A stretch of DNA of 64,000 bases, filler included, from Sphacelaria rigidula (Eukaryota): assembly GCA_964200075.2 (NCBI GenBank). It is 4 parts of 4 records of this genome, joined end to end, with 100 filler letters (N's around TTAATTAATTAA, not from the genome) between each part and the next. Parts side by side here need not be neighbours in the genome. Positions count along the whole stretch, not along the records: positions 16,090 to 32,076 come from CAXNAA020001532.1; positions 32,177 to 48,159 come from CAXNAA020001533.1; 2 more parts are not named here. One strand, written 5' to 3'. The notes beneath the pieces were generated by a model. It ran no database searches, had not been told where the DNA came from, and saw nothing but the letters and a program-made list of their open reading frames with translations. The position numbers and the translations under genes are program-made. Below, piece after piece: positions 25,795 to 39,200 of this stretch; positions within the stretch are counted from its first letter, which is position 1; each line of letters opens with the position of its first letter.

Positions 25795-28700
25795 TCAACA
25801 ATCTGCCCCCCCCCCCTCCCCTGACCGGGGTAGGGTAAACACCCCATGTTCATTCAAGCTTTGCAATTTCCGTTCACGACAAACCGGCTCACATGGTATC
25901 GTACCTTGTAGCATGTATGCACAACCAGTATGGCATTACGGTCACACAAGGAATTTCGTGAATTCGCGAAGTATTTAGAGAGTAAAAATGACATTCTTTC
26001 ATCGTTGCATCCGTGGCCATGCATGAGATACTCTAGCAAGTGGTTCGCGTTCCTAAAAGTATATGCTGTACTCGTTACTAGTTGTAGTCGACAACATCTC
26101 GATAGCTCCTGTGTATATTTTCCGCAGGCAGTTCGCTAACCCCCATCTTCTGGTTGATATCGCGTTGAGTAGTTTCACTCAGGCAACACGGCCATAACTA
26201 CCTCATGTGTCCCCACAGTATATAGTCTCGAATAGATAGTACACGGCAGGGGTTCTTCCGCATGCATAGTCCGACATTTGATATTCGATGGTGATTCGGA
26301 ACAGTTTTGTTCCCACAGTGAAAGCACATTACTCATGCACTGTTAGACTGAGTACAAAGTGAACGATTTCATCGAGGAGATGGTGCAGGCCGTAATCAGT
26401 CAGTACCGTCATCTCGTACAGCCATACTGTGACAGTATCACAATGAATAAAACGGTAGCATGTCGTAAAACCCAAGGGTGTTAACGCAACTCAATATGCG
26501 GAGACACAGCCGGTTTTTAATTCAGCGGGTCTTGTCGGGTTTAAGTATGTGTGGAGCAGCATATTGTACCGTGGTTCCATTTCAGTCAGCTGTATGAAAC
26601 TCCGAAAATCATAGCGTACAGCAACAGCAGCGTCAGTTGTGAACAAGTCTAACGTTAGTCCGTCCAGCGGCGCACGACGATAGATTATACTCGAATTAGT
26701 AAGAGTTCAACTGATATTTACTGTCAACCTCGTCAATATACACCATCCCGTTTCTGGTGTGCAAAACCTCCCGTGTGGTAAATACAGTAAGCACAAGCTT
26801 GATGGGTGAAGACGGCATAGTGTTGTGTTGCTCTTTTCAGCTGCATCACATAGCAGGAAGCACACAGCAGCTGTTGCATGGAAAGATTTAGTAAAGCAGT
26901 CTAGAGAGTCATGCAATCCTAGCATCCACCGTCACTCTACTCATTCAGGTCTACACGACAAGATTTGACCTGTCACGGCTATACAGTAAGCATGAAGCTG
27001 TCTCATCTCACAGCTCCTTGCACGATCGGCTTTCACATTTCGATCCTGTGCACTCACCCGTGAGGGCAAGTTTTTATTTCAAGGCGTAAGGGAGATCACA
27101 TCGCTTCAACGGTTCCATTGCTGTTTGCAAAATATTTGACCTGCCACCGCGTGTAAGCAAGCACAGCATAACATGGTATTTTACGCGGTCGCAGGTGATA
27201 TCCCCCCTAGCTTCATGCAACATCATGTTTCCCTGTATGTAGTAATTCCCCGCCTGCTTGTGAGCCTATTGTATAACATACGCATACTCCGGACTCACGC
27301 GCATTCCCCAATTCATTCACACGTTGTCTGGCTTCCATGCTAGCATAGTGCATGATGTCTACAGTTATTACTTTCGTTGTTCAGTACCAGCCAACCGCCT
27401 GGTCGGTTTCTTCTCGATATATATCGGCAAAAGGAATGTGTGGAACCCGTAGACCCTCAAGACCAGAAGCCCTGCCCAGACAAACGCAGCTTAGTCTGAT
27501 GGTAGTCATAACATGCACGGACAGACAAACCGCGTTGGAATTTGATTGTCGATAGGTGCAGAGTGGACAAACAACGGGAGATGGTGTAGCGTCCGTCTGG
27601 AGGCCTCGTGCAGGTATCTTGTCTCGCAGCTCTCCGTAGCTGCCCAATCGTGGCAGTGTTGAATTGATCACCCCAACCAGGGTGAACATGGGTAAATGGT
27701 CCCATTCCTTGAGTTATTGATGACTGATGGTGGATCATTCTTGATTCACCGTGTTATTTCCTTTCGAGAATGTGGAGCGGCAAATCGAAAAGGTGTGTAC
27801 ATTCTAGTAGATACTGTCATAATTGCTACACACTAGTACAACGTGCACCAGCAAGGGCTAGTTGCACTACCCACTGGTCGCGCGACAGGAGCTTCACGTC
27901 AGACTATCGACCGTTTGAGAACGGAAACGTTCACTTCTCAACCCTCATGCATATCGCGGACCATAACCGATGATTGTTTGCTGGGTTTCTTCAAAAGTTG
28001 TGAACATAACTAAACTACACGGTTGGGTCTGGTTTTTATTTAGTATCAGAGTAGATATCCCCCAGCCCTCGAACTATCCAGCAGGGAGAACTGCGAGGGG
28101 TGTACGTCAATTTTTCATAACAGTGAACCTCCTGCAACTCAATGACCTGCCCCCCCCTGACCGGGGGGTGCCATGTTTCGTCCATTCAAACTTCGCAACT
28201 TCCCGTTAATGATAATTGTCTGCTCAGTCTGTCGGCAGGCGTAATTAATAATTTGATAGAGACTCGCTGAGGCAGGTCGTGATAAGTTTTAGGGTTTGAT
28301 AGACGGAACGTTTCGATCCACCGCGCATCGTTAGTTTTAACCGCCACCTTCTTTACATCATATTTACCAGACACGCGGTAGCACCGTGAACCTGCATGTA
28401 TATGGCGAGTAACGGTACGCGACGGCGTTATGAAGCCGCATGACAGTCAACATGTCAGGTTTTGAGGTACGGCCCTTCAAGCGTGGCTGGCGTTGGTGAA
28501 CGGCTGATGTAGCGTCACCACAACCTGACTGCCCGCCTGGATGCGCTACAGTATTTGTCGTAAAGCTATACAGAAGCAGCGGTACCGAATTTCAGTGCAT
28601 TTCAATACAGCTCAGGCACTCAATTACCGTGTGGATACATGGGTATGGTCCTGTGTACATAATCAGTTTGCCCAGATGCAAGTGTGGGGTAATTGACAGA

Positions 28701-31700
28701 GGTCTGACCGCCTGGTGTACCCAAGTCGGCATGCTGAAGATGTACCGGGCCCGAATCTGCTTAATTAATTAGCGTGTGAAGCTCGCATCTCACGTCAACC
28801 TTCCCAACACCGATCCGGATAACCCAAGGTGAATGAAAAGAAGTTCTGCTATAGTGGAGTGTTCACTTGGCGTTGGCTTCAATTTGAAGACCCTTCCACA
28901 ATCAGCCGGAGGACTAAACCATGGAACACCTTGTTTCCCCACTGTCTCACAGCAAAAGCCTTCAAGCCCTCTCAGGTGTCGAAGCTTTTCCTGTCCGTTC
29001 TGCTGCGATACATTCACGAATCACGAACACTGTTTTGGATTGCATGAGCAGTGATCCTGTTGTTGTGTTAGTCCCTACCGAAACCAATCTTAATTGCACA
29101 CAGTGCTGTCTGCACTTCTGTTGAAAACTTCGTGGGTATGTCTTTCATTTTCGGTGAGACGAACAACGTTCTGTCGCGCTAGTGCCGTGCGTCGGGCACC
29201 TGTACTGTACTGTAGTTGCGACAGTCAGTACAGTCTGCAGAAAGGATTAATTTGACATCACCACCCCTCATTTCGGAAGAATTTAGCCGTACTTGGCGAA
29301 GATACCCTCATTTTGTTTCACTGTTTCCCGTGATCCCTGCTTCATTCGAGCGCCATCGCAGATTCACCGGTATCTCACCGTAACCGTAACATGATGGCTA
29401 AAGAAAACACAACGTTATTCCTAGAAGCTATATCGCGCGGCTATCACCGAACGCACCGCAGCTGTTGCGTGGGGTGGATTTGACAACCGGTGCAGCGGCA
29501 TAAAGATCCAAGCATCCTCATTTGGGACCTGTCTAAACAATCCATACCACTGGGTCCGGCTCTTGTTCGAAGTAGCACTCGAGTCACTCAAAGCATGAAG
29601 CGAGGTGCGGCATCTCGGTTTTCTCGCAAAAACCAAACGGGAGGGTATAACAGCAGCATCGGCTTGGTGTGTAACGCACACATCGGCGCTCATTACTCCC
29701 TATCAATAGCTCCCATCAGCAGTTGCTTGCTGTGAACACCCCCCTGATTGTTTCGTTTTTTCGCCCGATCGCTGCCACTAAAATCTGATGACGTTCGGGG
29801 TACCACCGACCCGCTGGGCCAGTGTCGCGCATTAGCGGACAACAATTCGGTGATGCATCGTTCACTTAACCGGTGCGGCGTTCACGTACAACAATACCAT
29901 TTTTTGCTAATGGGTGTAGCCAGCGCCACGTTGCTCCTGCCAGCTGTATCACGCGTCAAAAATCGTGCGCGCGGCTGTGTTGCATTTAAAGGAGACAACG
30001 AGCGGTGCCAATAATCTCTGACAACATTCGATGTAACACCGACGATATGTGCCAGTGTCGCGCATTAGCGGACGGTAATTATGTGAGGCATAGTGCATTT
30101 AACCGGGGCGGCGTTCACGTATAACAATACAGTGTGCAATATAATGGGTGCATACAGCGCTACATTGCTCCTGCCAGCTGTATTACGCGTCAAAAATCGT
30201 GCGTGCAGCTGTTGCATTGAAAGGATACAACGTGTAGAGACTCATGCCTTCCGACATCAACTCCGCGCTTCCTGCTCAATCAAGAACAGCTGAAGATTTT
30301 GACTCTAACCTGTAAGAGCATCGAATCGAACTGCGTGGGAGGCACGCCGTTTTACTTTACTCAAATGGCATCGCGCACAGGATTAGCGCATAGCCACCTC
30401 CGAAGTCACGCTGTGAGCGATATCGCAACGCTAACGTTGTGGACATGCATGTTCAAGCGGTGCAAGCCCACCCGTATGGACCTTAGTCTTGAGGTTCATC
30501 TCGTAGCCTCAGCTCATGTATCAATTCATATTTCGGTTGAGTCTTCGTCGACATACAATATCCCGAGATCATACTGTTATTTATATGGACATGGGCCCAC
30601 TGATTCGCGCCATTGGCGGGTATTTACAATCTCCGCTCATTACAGCAGTACGCACGACGAACGTAAACTCCCGCCTGAGCAGCTATCTTATCTTAAAGCA
30701 TCTTTTTCGCAAGTGCAAAGTTTTGTGGCTTCCGGTTCAGGCTATCATTCCTCTTGCTCCATTGTGCGTTGTTCGGTCTATGATCCCGGGATGATAATTT
30801 CGTTAACTGATGTTATGGCATGTGGATTTCTGCACACGTTTCATGGTAGAAGCATAGCTGTTGCCCGCTGTTGCTTGAGGCAAAGAATTACACTTCACTG
30901 ATTCCGTACGTACGCGGCAGAATTGAAATCTTCGCCTGAGCAACATTGTATCTCGCAGTTATTTTTGCGGGGTACCTGCCATGGTCAAGAGTACATTGAA
31001 TATTTTCAATAATTCGACTGCTTGCACCTCTTCACCTTACCCAAGCGCGGTGGGAACCACTATAGTGGTCTCCGTAGCTTGATTACCTTTGTGTCGTCGT
31101 AAGCGTGAGCACGAGCGCGTCGCTCCCAGCGCGCATCACCCAGCGCGCATTATGATGGCTGATTATTTGTTTTGTCACGTGATGCCCTCGCTAACTTATG
31201 GCGAGGTGGTGAAAACGCACATGTTTTACTCTCTTTATTAAAATGAAAATTGAAGATCTCAGTGAACATCTTGAACATTTTACCTCTCCTGGCTTGAGCC
31301 GCACCGCAGATGATATGATCGAACACAATAGTCCCGGTGAGAAGCGCCATGATACGAACAAACGGCAGTCTCCAGTTGTTGTCAACATTTGCTTAACTCT
31401 ACAGTGCAGGTTGATCACTGAACTAGGCAGATAACAAGACTTCGGTCAACGAGTACGAAATTTCACTATTTCGGGTGGGACATTTCATTCTACTTATGAT
31501 TTGACTGCCATCCACTTGTGCACGAGTTCGTTCATATTCATTTACTACAGGTCGATCCTTTCACATCTGTTCATAAAGTACTCAAGCTCCAAACCGTCTC
31601 ACTGCTATTCTTGTAACAATCGTAAGCTCACTGCACGTGCAGAAACAGTCCAACGCAGTACAGTACAAGTCAATCGTCAGGATATCTTTGTTCACAGCTT

Positions 31701-32003
31701 CAGGTGGTTCGAGTTTTTTTCGTTCCTTGGTGATGTTCATAGCCAGAGCCTTTTCGAGAAGTTCTGAACACCAGGGCATTATAGCATTGCACCGATTCTT
31801 AGAAAGAGTCGGATTCAACCAGATGTAAGAGGCATGTTTTGATGTACTCCGTATCTTGACGGATTACTCAACATCCCCACCCTTGACTGCGGGTGCTAGC
31901 CAGTTCCCGCAATCAGCCCTCCGGGCGCGTATCTTCGTTCCGAATCAACGGCCCACCATTGTACTGTCCCCCTTACCACCGCATCACGCCGCGATCCGTA
32001 AAA
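25795..32003 (-). repeat. Long direct repeat copy B, putative 5' LTR (may extend to ~24390)
   Basis: Homology to copy A stops at the same boundary (TTTTACGGATC versus TGTTACGGATC) and no PPT precedes it. It carries a private ~230-bp tandem duplication (29780-30230) and ~120 extra bp near 28835-28950. Confidence 0.85.
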
Positions 32004-32008
32004 GTTTT

Positions 32009-32076
32009 GGGGGGGGCGTACTCATTTGTTGCTTGCCTTAGTCATTTGACCATTGACCACGCATCCCTTTCGAGAC
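32009..32076 (-). mobile_element. 3' end of an RTEX-like LINE with poly(C) tail
   Basis: Minus strand ...ggtcaaatgactaaggcaagcaacaaatgagtacgcccccccc. Confidence 0.85.
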
Positions 32077-32176
32077 NNNNNNNNNNNNNNNNNNNNNNNN
32101 NNNNNNNNNNNNNNNNNNNNTTAATTAATTAANNNNNNNNNNNNNNNNNNNNNNNNNNNNNNNNNNNNNNNNNNNN
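32077..32176. other. Artificial scaffold linker
   Basis: N44-TTAATTAATTAA-N44. Confidence 0.97.
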
Positions 32177-34959
32177 GTAAATGGATACGTTTGGAAGCAT
32201 CATCCCCACACGGGACAAAAGGACGTCCTGTTTGCGCCAGTTTCTAATTTGAAGTTGTTGAAATTCGCCCAACTGTGCTGAAGCGCCCGATTTATCGACT
32301 GTAACCTGCCCTATTAACCTCTGCGATCCCCCGTACCCTTCGCCGCTGTACCCGATCAATATTTTTCGCAGGATCATGCAGAAGACGTGCAAGACGCATC
32401 TCTTTCATGTGTCGATGCTCGGCGTGACATCAAATTGCGCAGAGTTGGCGATTTGTGTGCGCCACGTACTGTCCCTCAAGGGGGAGTGCGGGGAGGTGGC
32501 GCAGGAGCGGTGGTCTTGGAGTCTACCGAGATCCAGCGTCCGGTGTTCGTTGTACCGTTGATTGCTGTTCAGCAAAGTATGGTGTTTTTGTTTTGGTTAG
32601 TCAGTTCCAAGTGCTCCCGGTGTTTTGCAGCTGGTTTGTTGATGCGGTAGTATTTGTTTTCCCGTGTTGATGGGTCATGAGCTATTCTTGATGGGTCCGT
32701 CGGCTCATGTTTCGAGTGCATTTTCGGAAGTCCGATGCTGTTGGCGAGAGTCACTGGCAAAATCGATTTGCTGCAGCTCATAGACGGGAGGCGCTCCATT
32801 GGCTTCGTGCAAGAGAATTTGTTATCATCCGCTGCCATCGAGGGTGAGATGATGGAACAGAAAATCCAGGGTCCCACCAAGTTTCGCGACTTTTCTCGGC
32901 ACGAAAAGGCGGGATATCAGCAGTCATATCACACGCGATGACTTGCGCTTTCAAAAACAACGACGGAAACTGCGGCGAAAGTTTTTAACAGAAACGTGAT
33001 TTCAAGATATCCACGAGCCCCAAGTCCACATGAATGGTGGCATCAACCGCAATTACGAATGAATTCGGGCACAACCTGGCTAAATCGTATCGTTTACTCG
33101 AACCGCAAGACTCACTACTTTGGAGACCTGTTGAACGGTGCATTCTTCCACAAATGCGCGCCTGTGGGCCAGCGCGCAACATTGTCCAACATTATTCTGC
33201 CATTCCATTCAGGCAACGGGTGGCGGGAATGTTCCAACATGCTACACACGTAAACTTTTCGTCTCATCATCGGAACCGGCGCAGCGAGACATGTTATGAA
33301 AAAACCTCACTGTCGATCGTACTTTCAACGCTCGATTTTACGGAAACACTATTGCATTTACCGGCAGGATTTTGCACCAATGTGCGAGGTAAGCGTTTTG
33401 TCCATGAATGATGCAGACACTCCCCGCCGCTGATAGCCATCAAAAGCGTACTCTTAATCGTATCATCTACTCTCAATCTCACGAAAACATTGTTAAATGT
33501 AATGCAGCGTTTCTCACAAAAGACTGTGAAGAACCCTGTGCAGCACGTTCTACAGGGTGCTATCTGTCCTCGTGTGAATCCTGTCGCAAGGATCCTGTCG
33601 CAAGAACGGAGTCGCACAAAACCGCTTTGGTCGAACTTTTACCCGCAGCAGAAACCAACTTCACTTTGTGAAATTGGAATTCAATGGAGAGGTTAGTTAC
33701 CCTATGGGTGTGGAGCCGACTCTGCGCACTAACGGCAGCGTGACGCGTTGGGCGGTACTACCTGTTCACTGCACAACGAAAGGGTGCAGGGTGACAAAGC
33801 ACATCGCAGGACGTCACATCCTTTGTCTATCCCTGTCCTGCATTGATTTCGCGTTGTCCAATGCAGTTCGCCACATCATGAATCCAGCCGCTTGTATCTG
33901 CGGCCAACGTGTACGCAGGATATCACGCCTCGCTACGGGCTTTTGCTACATCACATTTTGTAAAGCTGTCCGTGTTGCAGCTACAGCGTGCGTTTGCCCC
34001 AGGTGGCGCACGCAGGAATGAAAGGCAGCCTGCGCCGCTGTCATGGCTGCCTGTATCTTGGGCGAAGCTGCATGGTAACACAGCCGCGGCGGGTGCGCCC
34101 ACCTATACCGAAAGGTGGAGACCGGCGTACAGAAAATAGATGGGACGACAACAAACTGACTTGACGCAGTACACTTTCAGCATATCCGTACTGAACGTAT
34201 AAATCTCTTGTCCACGGTTGGATACATTTCCATATATAATGCAGGGTCTGGTGCATCTCCACTTATAATGTAACGGAGGGTCTGGTACATTTCACATGTG
34301 AATGTAATGTTACTCACTGATATCGTGAAAAAACTCTGCAATATCCGGGCGAACTGCAGGTGAGGCAATCGCCGAAATATTCACCTGCAATCTCAGCTCC
34401 AGTGCACTGTAAGTTGACATCGTTAGAAGGAAACTACCATAACCACCTTGCTGGCTGCCAGACTGTCACAGACTGTCAGGATGTAGGATCCGATAGCATT
34501 GCTACTGTCTGTACGGGGATGTTGCCCCCTTGTCGGGTACGTTTCGGAGCATGATGGTAGATGTAAAGCATCCTTGTACATGGGCACCAAACGTTGGGCT
34601 TCTCACTCAAGAGTTCGTTTTGGAGGATGATACTAGGTAGGCGGGAGCAACTGCTACGTCTCCAGGTGCCCCCTAGAGCAAGGTGCGTTTGATTTCTGTT
34701 TGACACAGATATCCCCCAAAAAACGGAATCAATAGAAGTTTTAGAGTGCAAAAATCTAGCAGAAGAAATGTCGCGAAAATCAAGTCGCAGGAATCCTGTC
34801 GCAAAAACAAAGTAGCAAAAAACCGGTTAATCGGATTTTTACCCGGAGCAGAAACCAATTCACTTTGTGAAATGGGAATTAATATTTTGATGCACTGGGA
34901 CGAAGAAACCTCCTTTGGTCAGTCCCCAGCTCCCCTGACACCGCACTGTACATCGAGGC

Positions 34960-35260
34960 AGCATGGCAATGGTACTGTCAGCGCAGACGCGAGGTTTTCC
35001 ATCCAATCAAGCTACATGGGCACGCACCCGAAGGTATAGTTCCCACCTACGCGATCCGCCCAATCCCCAGTACGCTCTGAGTATCCGACTGCCCAAAGTG
35101 GAGGTGCTAGAAGCGATGCTGTATATATATTTTAAATGGGCACTGCGCCCTGAAGACTTGGAAAGTCTGCGCACTGCCCATCTCACGCTCCTACTCCAAG
35201 CAGTCGGATACCGCAGGAATGATCGGGCTAGTCTACGTATGCACCCATGAAGGCGAGGTA
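34960..35260 (+). mobile_element. RTE-like LINE ORF fragment
   Basis: WARTRRYSSHLRDPP...LSIRLPKVEVLEAMLYIYFKWALRPEDLESLRTAHLTLLLQAVGYRR resembles the post-RT region of RTE elements. Confidence 0.65.
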
Positions 35261-35561
35261 CTGTATTATCTTTTTCATTACAAATCAAGGATCAGCGCAC
35301 ATAGTTCCTCATTTCCCAATGGCTCGCGCGCTATTTACGAGAGCTGTGTCATACCTGAAGCAAACTACTAAATACATGACAGGCGACAGCTATGAATTCA
35401 CGTGAAGGGAACGACATCAAAATTACGGAACGCTAAAGTGCACTAGTTTATGGCCACACATACAGCGGCCACGGTTGAAAGCTACGCTTGCACCTCGGTT
35501 CCTTTCGGGCACGGGTGAATTTTCTCTTGGAGCGGGCGATGAAAACCCTCTACTTTCGCCA

Positions 35562-35605
<44 letters not shown>

Positions 35606-36270
35606 TTCTCCCTCCTTCCCCCCTTCCTCTTCTACTCNNNNNNNNNNCGTTTTCTCCGGGGCCGCGGTGTGTTTCTTTTTTTTCTCGGGCCGAGACCCCC
35701 CCTCCTCTCCCCCAGCCCCCCCCCCCCCCCCCCTCCCCCCCCTCCTGTTACTTTGTAGATTCCAAAAATGCTTCGGAACTGAACCACGACTCACTCTATC
35801 GAACTTTCCCGCCACCTTGTGGAAATATTCCCACCCGGTTTCTTCAGCTTCTTCAGGAAAAGTGCTGAAGACAGGAACATAAACTGTCCTTGATACTGTA
35901 CCAACACGTACCCACACATTCTCCTCACAGCGGAACCCCTCCCTTCTTCTCCCCCCGCCGGCATTTACCTTATCTTTGGATTGTTGCAACCAAAACCTAC
36001 AAGTGAAGCTTTTCAATGCAGTACTTTAATGAAGCTTGGTATCGTTCCAATCGCATCATGACCAGCGCTTCCAAAGCACGAAACTCAATCTACTGACCTC
36101 TTTTTCCCAAACAGATACCCGCCACTAATATACGTTCCCCAACCGGCAAATCATCAAGCACAACACTCTTCGTAAATTTTGCCGCGTATAGGAACTAATG
36201 CCACAGCAGTAGCAGCCGCAGCAGCGGATTTCAGGGTGCAGTAGTCGTCTCTGCTACTATCGAACAAGGC

Positions 36271-39200
36271 TCAGCACACGTCCATACAGTTGTCCTTGTG
36301 CTCCTTCTTCCAGTGCTTCACTTGGCAATCCCGAGAGCAGTCTGCTCGAGAAGTAGAGACGCCATGGATAAGAAATACAACGTAAGTTAGAAGTGGGGTA
36401 TGGTGGTGGTGGGGGTGACGAAGGAGGAGAGAGGTAGGGGGGAAAAGCGACATTCACCGTTTCCACACAGTTTTCCGACCAATCACACGCAACAAGCTAT
36501 AACTTTCAGTTTTCCGGGATGTGATTGCAGTGGCATATGATTCCTGACCAAGTACCGTTTTCACGCAAGTACATACAAAGAATTTTGACCCAATAGTCGA
36601 CCACACGCAACTAGTTATTGGCAACAGTTGTAGTTGTTCGAGGTGTGATCCGGATCTGTTTGTGCTTGTGGTTCGAATTTTGGGAGTCCGCAGGTCGCTT
36701 TCTCATCGTCTTGAATGAGCGAATGTTTTGGGCGGGATTGAAGGTCAGTACAATTTTCATTACTTTTGTTTCCGCAACTTTGCTCCATCTCTCAAACCCG
36801 CGGTCACGTGGGGAGTTTTGGTATTCCAATACCGTCACTTTTCTGAGACTCCGAAACAACGCAATATAACACAAAAAGAGGGAGACGAGAAAACAGAGGA
36901 GAAAAACCTTCCCTTGAGTTGGTCGGGGTGAGGTGAGGGGGTAATTAGCAACGCCGTCGCAGCAAGGGGGGGGGGGGGGGGGGAAGAAGGCCCCCCGGGG
37001 GAAGAAACCGAAAAACCCCCACCCCCCCGGAAAACGGGGGGGAGNNNNNNNNNNGGAGAGACGAGAGGGGTGCGAGGGGTCTGGGGGGGGGGGGGGGGGG
37101 AGGGGGAGACACAGCCGCGCCGCGTGGCGGGGGGGGGGGGGGGGGGGGGGGAAGAAGTCGCACCGGGTGTAGAAACCGAAGAACCCGCAGCACACCGGTA
37201 AACTGGGGCGAGGACAGCACAGCACAGCACAGCACAGCACAAAAGCAACTGTGTTGTTGATTGCTTGTTTTTGACTTTCATTTGCTGTATGCTAGTTCAT
37301 GGGTATATTAACCTTTTAGCTACCACAGCGCAAATAACCAATTGTGGGTTAACACACCGTCACTTCAACATGTTTATTCTTAGTTGGTTTGGGACTGGAC
37401 CAGTCACTTGGGCACATTGCTCATAGATCAACGACCAAGAAGCAGAGTCGACGGACGAAACTCGAAAATAAGAAAGCGTGCCACTCAAGTCATGCAGCTC
37501 TCGTACATTGCATGCAGACACGCATACGAACACATATATATATGCAGCCACGTGGATTTTTTGGGTGAAGCATATTTTTTTGGTAAAGAAGAAGTAGTGC
37601 TCGCCGCAGACCTCATCTGAGGCTTCCCAGAGCGTGGTGAGCCTACACGAAATTAAACATGGACCCACATGGATCTGAATAGATTTTGCACCACGAAGAG
37701 CAACACGCATATGCTAGCGAGGGAAAGGGCTGGCAAGTATGCAGAGACCTGCTGAGAATAATTTTCGTCTAGTGCACCCCATACCCCTAGCAGGCTGCAG
37801 CGTACGCGATAGACGGCATGATACCATATACTTGTACAATAAATGCCAGTAACTGCCCTGGGCGCACGCAAATCCACTTTTGCCGCTCGCCGGCCGTATT
37901 CTGCGTGAACAAAGAGGCCAAACAAGCGGCGGATACCTTGGTGGTCATACATACCCATCGACAAGAAGGGTGATTTACCTCCCAAACGAGGACATCCGGG
38001 CTTGTTTGGCCAGCACATGACCCCATCGATAGGTCATATCGCTGTCGTCTCTTTTGTGCAGGGATGCATCATACTGGCAGCGAAGTATAGCTGTGTGAAG
38101 TGGTGGTGAAGACGTTTTCATTCGCGGATATTTCCTACCGTCAGGTAGCAGGGCTGTCTGTTGTATACTAGTACGACACCCAGTATAACTAGTATCATCA
38201 CTACTACTACTACTACTACTACACAGCTGCATTGTTTTGTGATCCGCACATGTTACATACTGAGCATCAGGGCGATGCTTGCTCGCTGATCAATTCCCGT
38301 GACGTGGATATGCAGCAGCAAGATGACCACCCTAGAACAGCCTTCTGTTAGCAGGCCGTAGTTGCCGAAGGGCCAAAAAATAGGAAGGGATGGACCGGCT
38401 CACGCGTCTTTTCTGCACGCCGCGAAAGGGCAGAAGTCGACAGCGCAAAGAATCACGGGCATCCCTGCTCACGTTGCTCTCTCGCCCCGATCCAACCATA
38501 ACTCGCCCGTAACACTCACAGAAAACAACTTCGACGGATGCCCATGGATACCGCTAAAATATAAAGGTCTCACTCGCACCCCCTCTTGTTCACAGACCTA
38601 GTGCCACGACAAGTGTGGGGAGTGCGAAATTCAAAATGTCCTCCATGACAGTACGCACCATGCCACAACGGAGAGGGGTGCTACGGCCAGGGGCCGCCTG
38701 ATTCTCCAACTTCCATGCTGTCGGAAACACGGTTGAAGGTAACTGTACTGTCTGCACTGTGGATGCCATACTTTGCGCTGCTCCAACCGAGAAAAATAGC
38801 GTTGCACTCAGTCATCACCGACGCAATATTCCATCTTGAACTACTCCCCACTCGAAGGCGACTTCGATTTCGGCTCAGGTTTTTGTTGCTACATTCGTGT
38901 CTACCTTCATCATACAAGCCGGCTTTGTCAAGAGATGGGGGATTCGCCAACATCGTCCCGCACCGTTCTCGTTTTCGAGTTGGAAACTCAACTTTCAACA
39001 CGTGATTCGCAAGGGACTCGCCAACAAATTCGGAGACTGACCTGTCTGGTAGCCGACTGACCTTTGATTTGCCACCCATTGAGGAAACATGGGCTGGTTC
39101 AATCTGCGAGAAAAGGAAAATATGGGTCTTGAAATGTGTCGGCTAGTTCGTTGTGAATCACGCGTTGAAAAACTTAGATCTAAACCCGAGAAGTTGACCC

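Noticed and set aside
35560-37160. Poly-Pro/poly-Gly ORFs at 35560-35760 and 36960-37160
   Set aside because: Noisy C/G homopolymers beside N gaps, likely low-quality contig ends.
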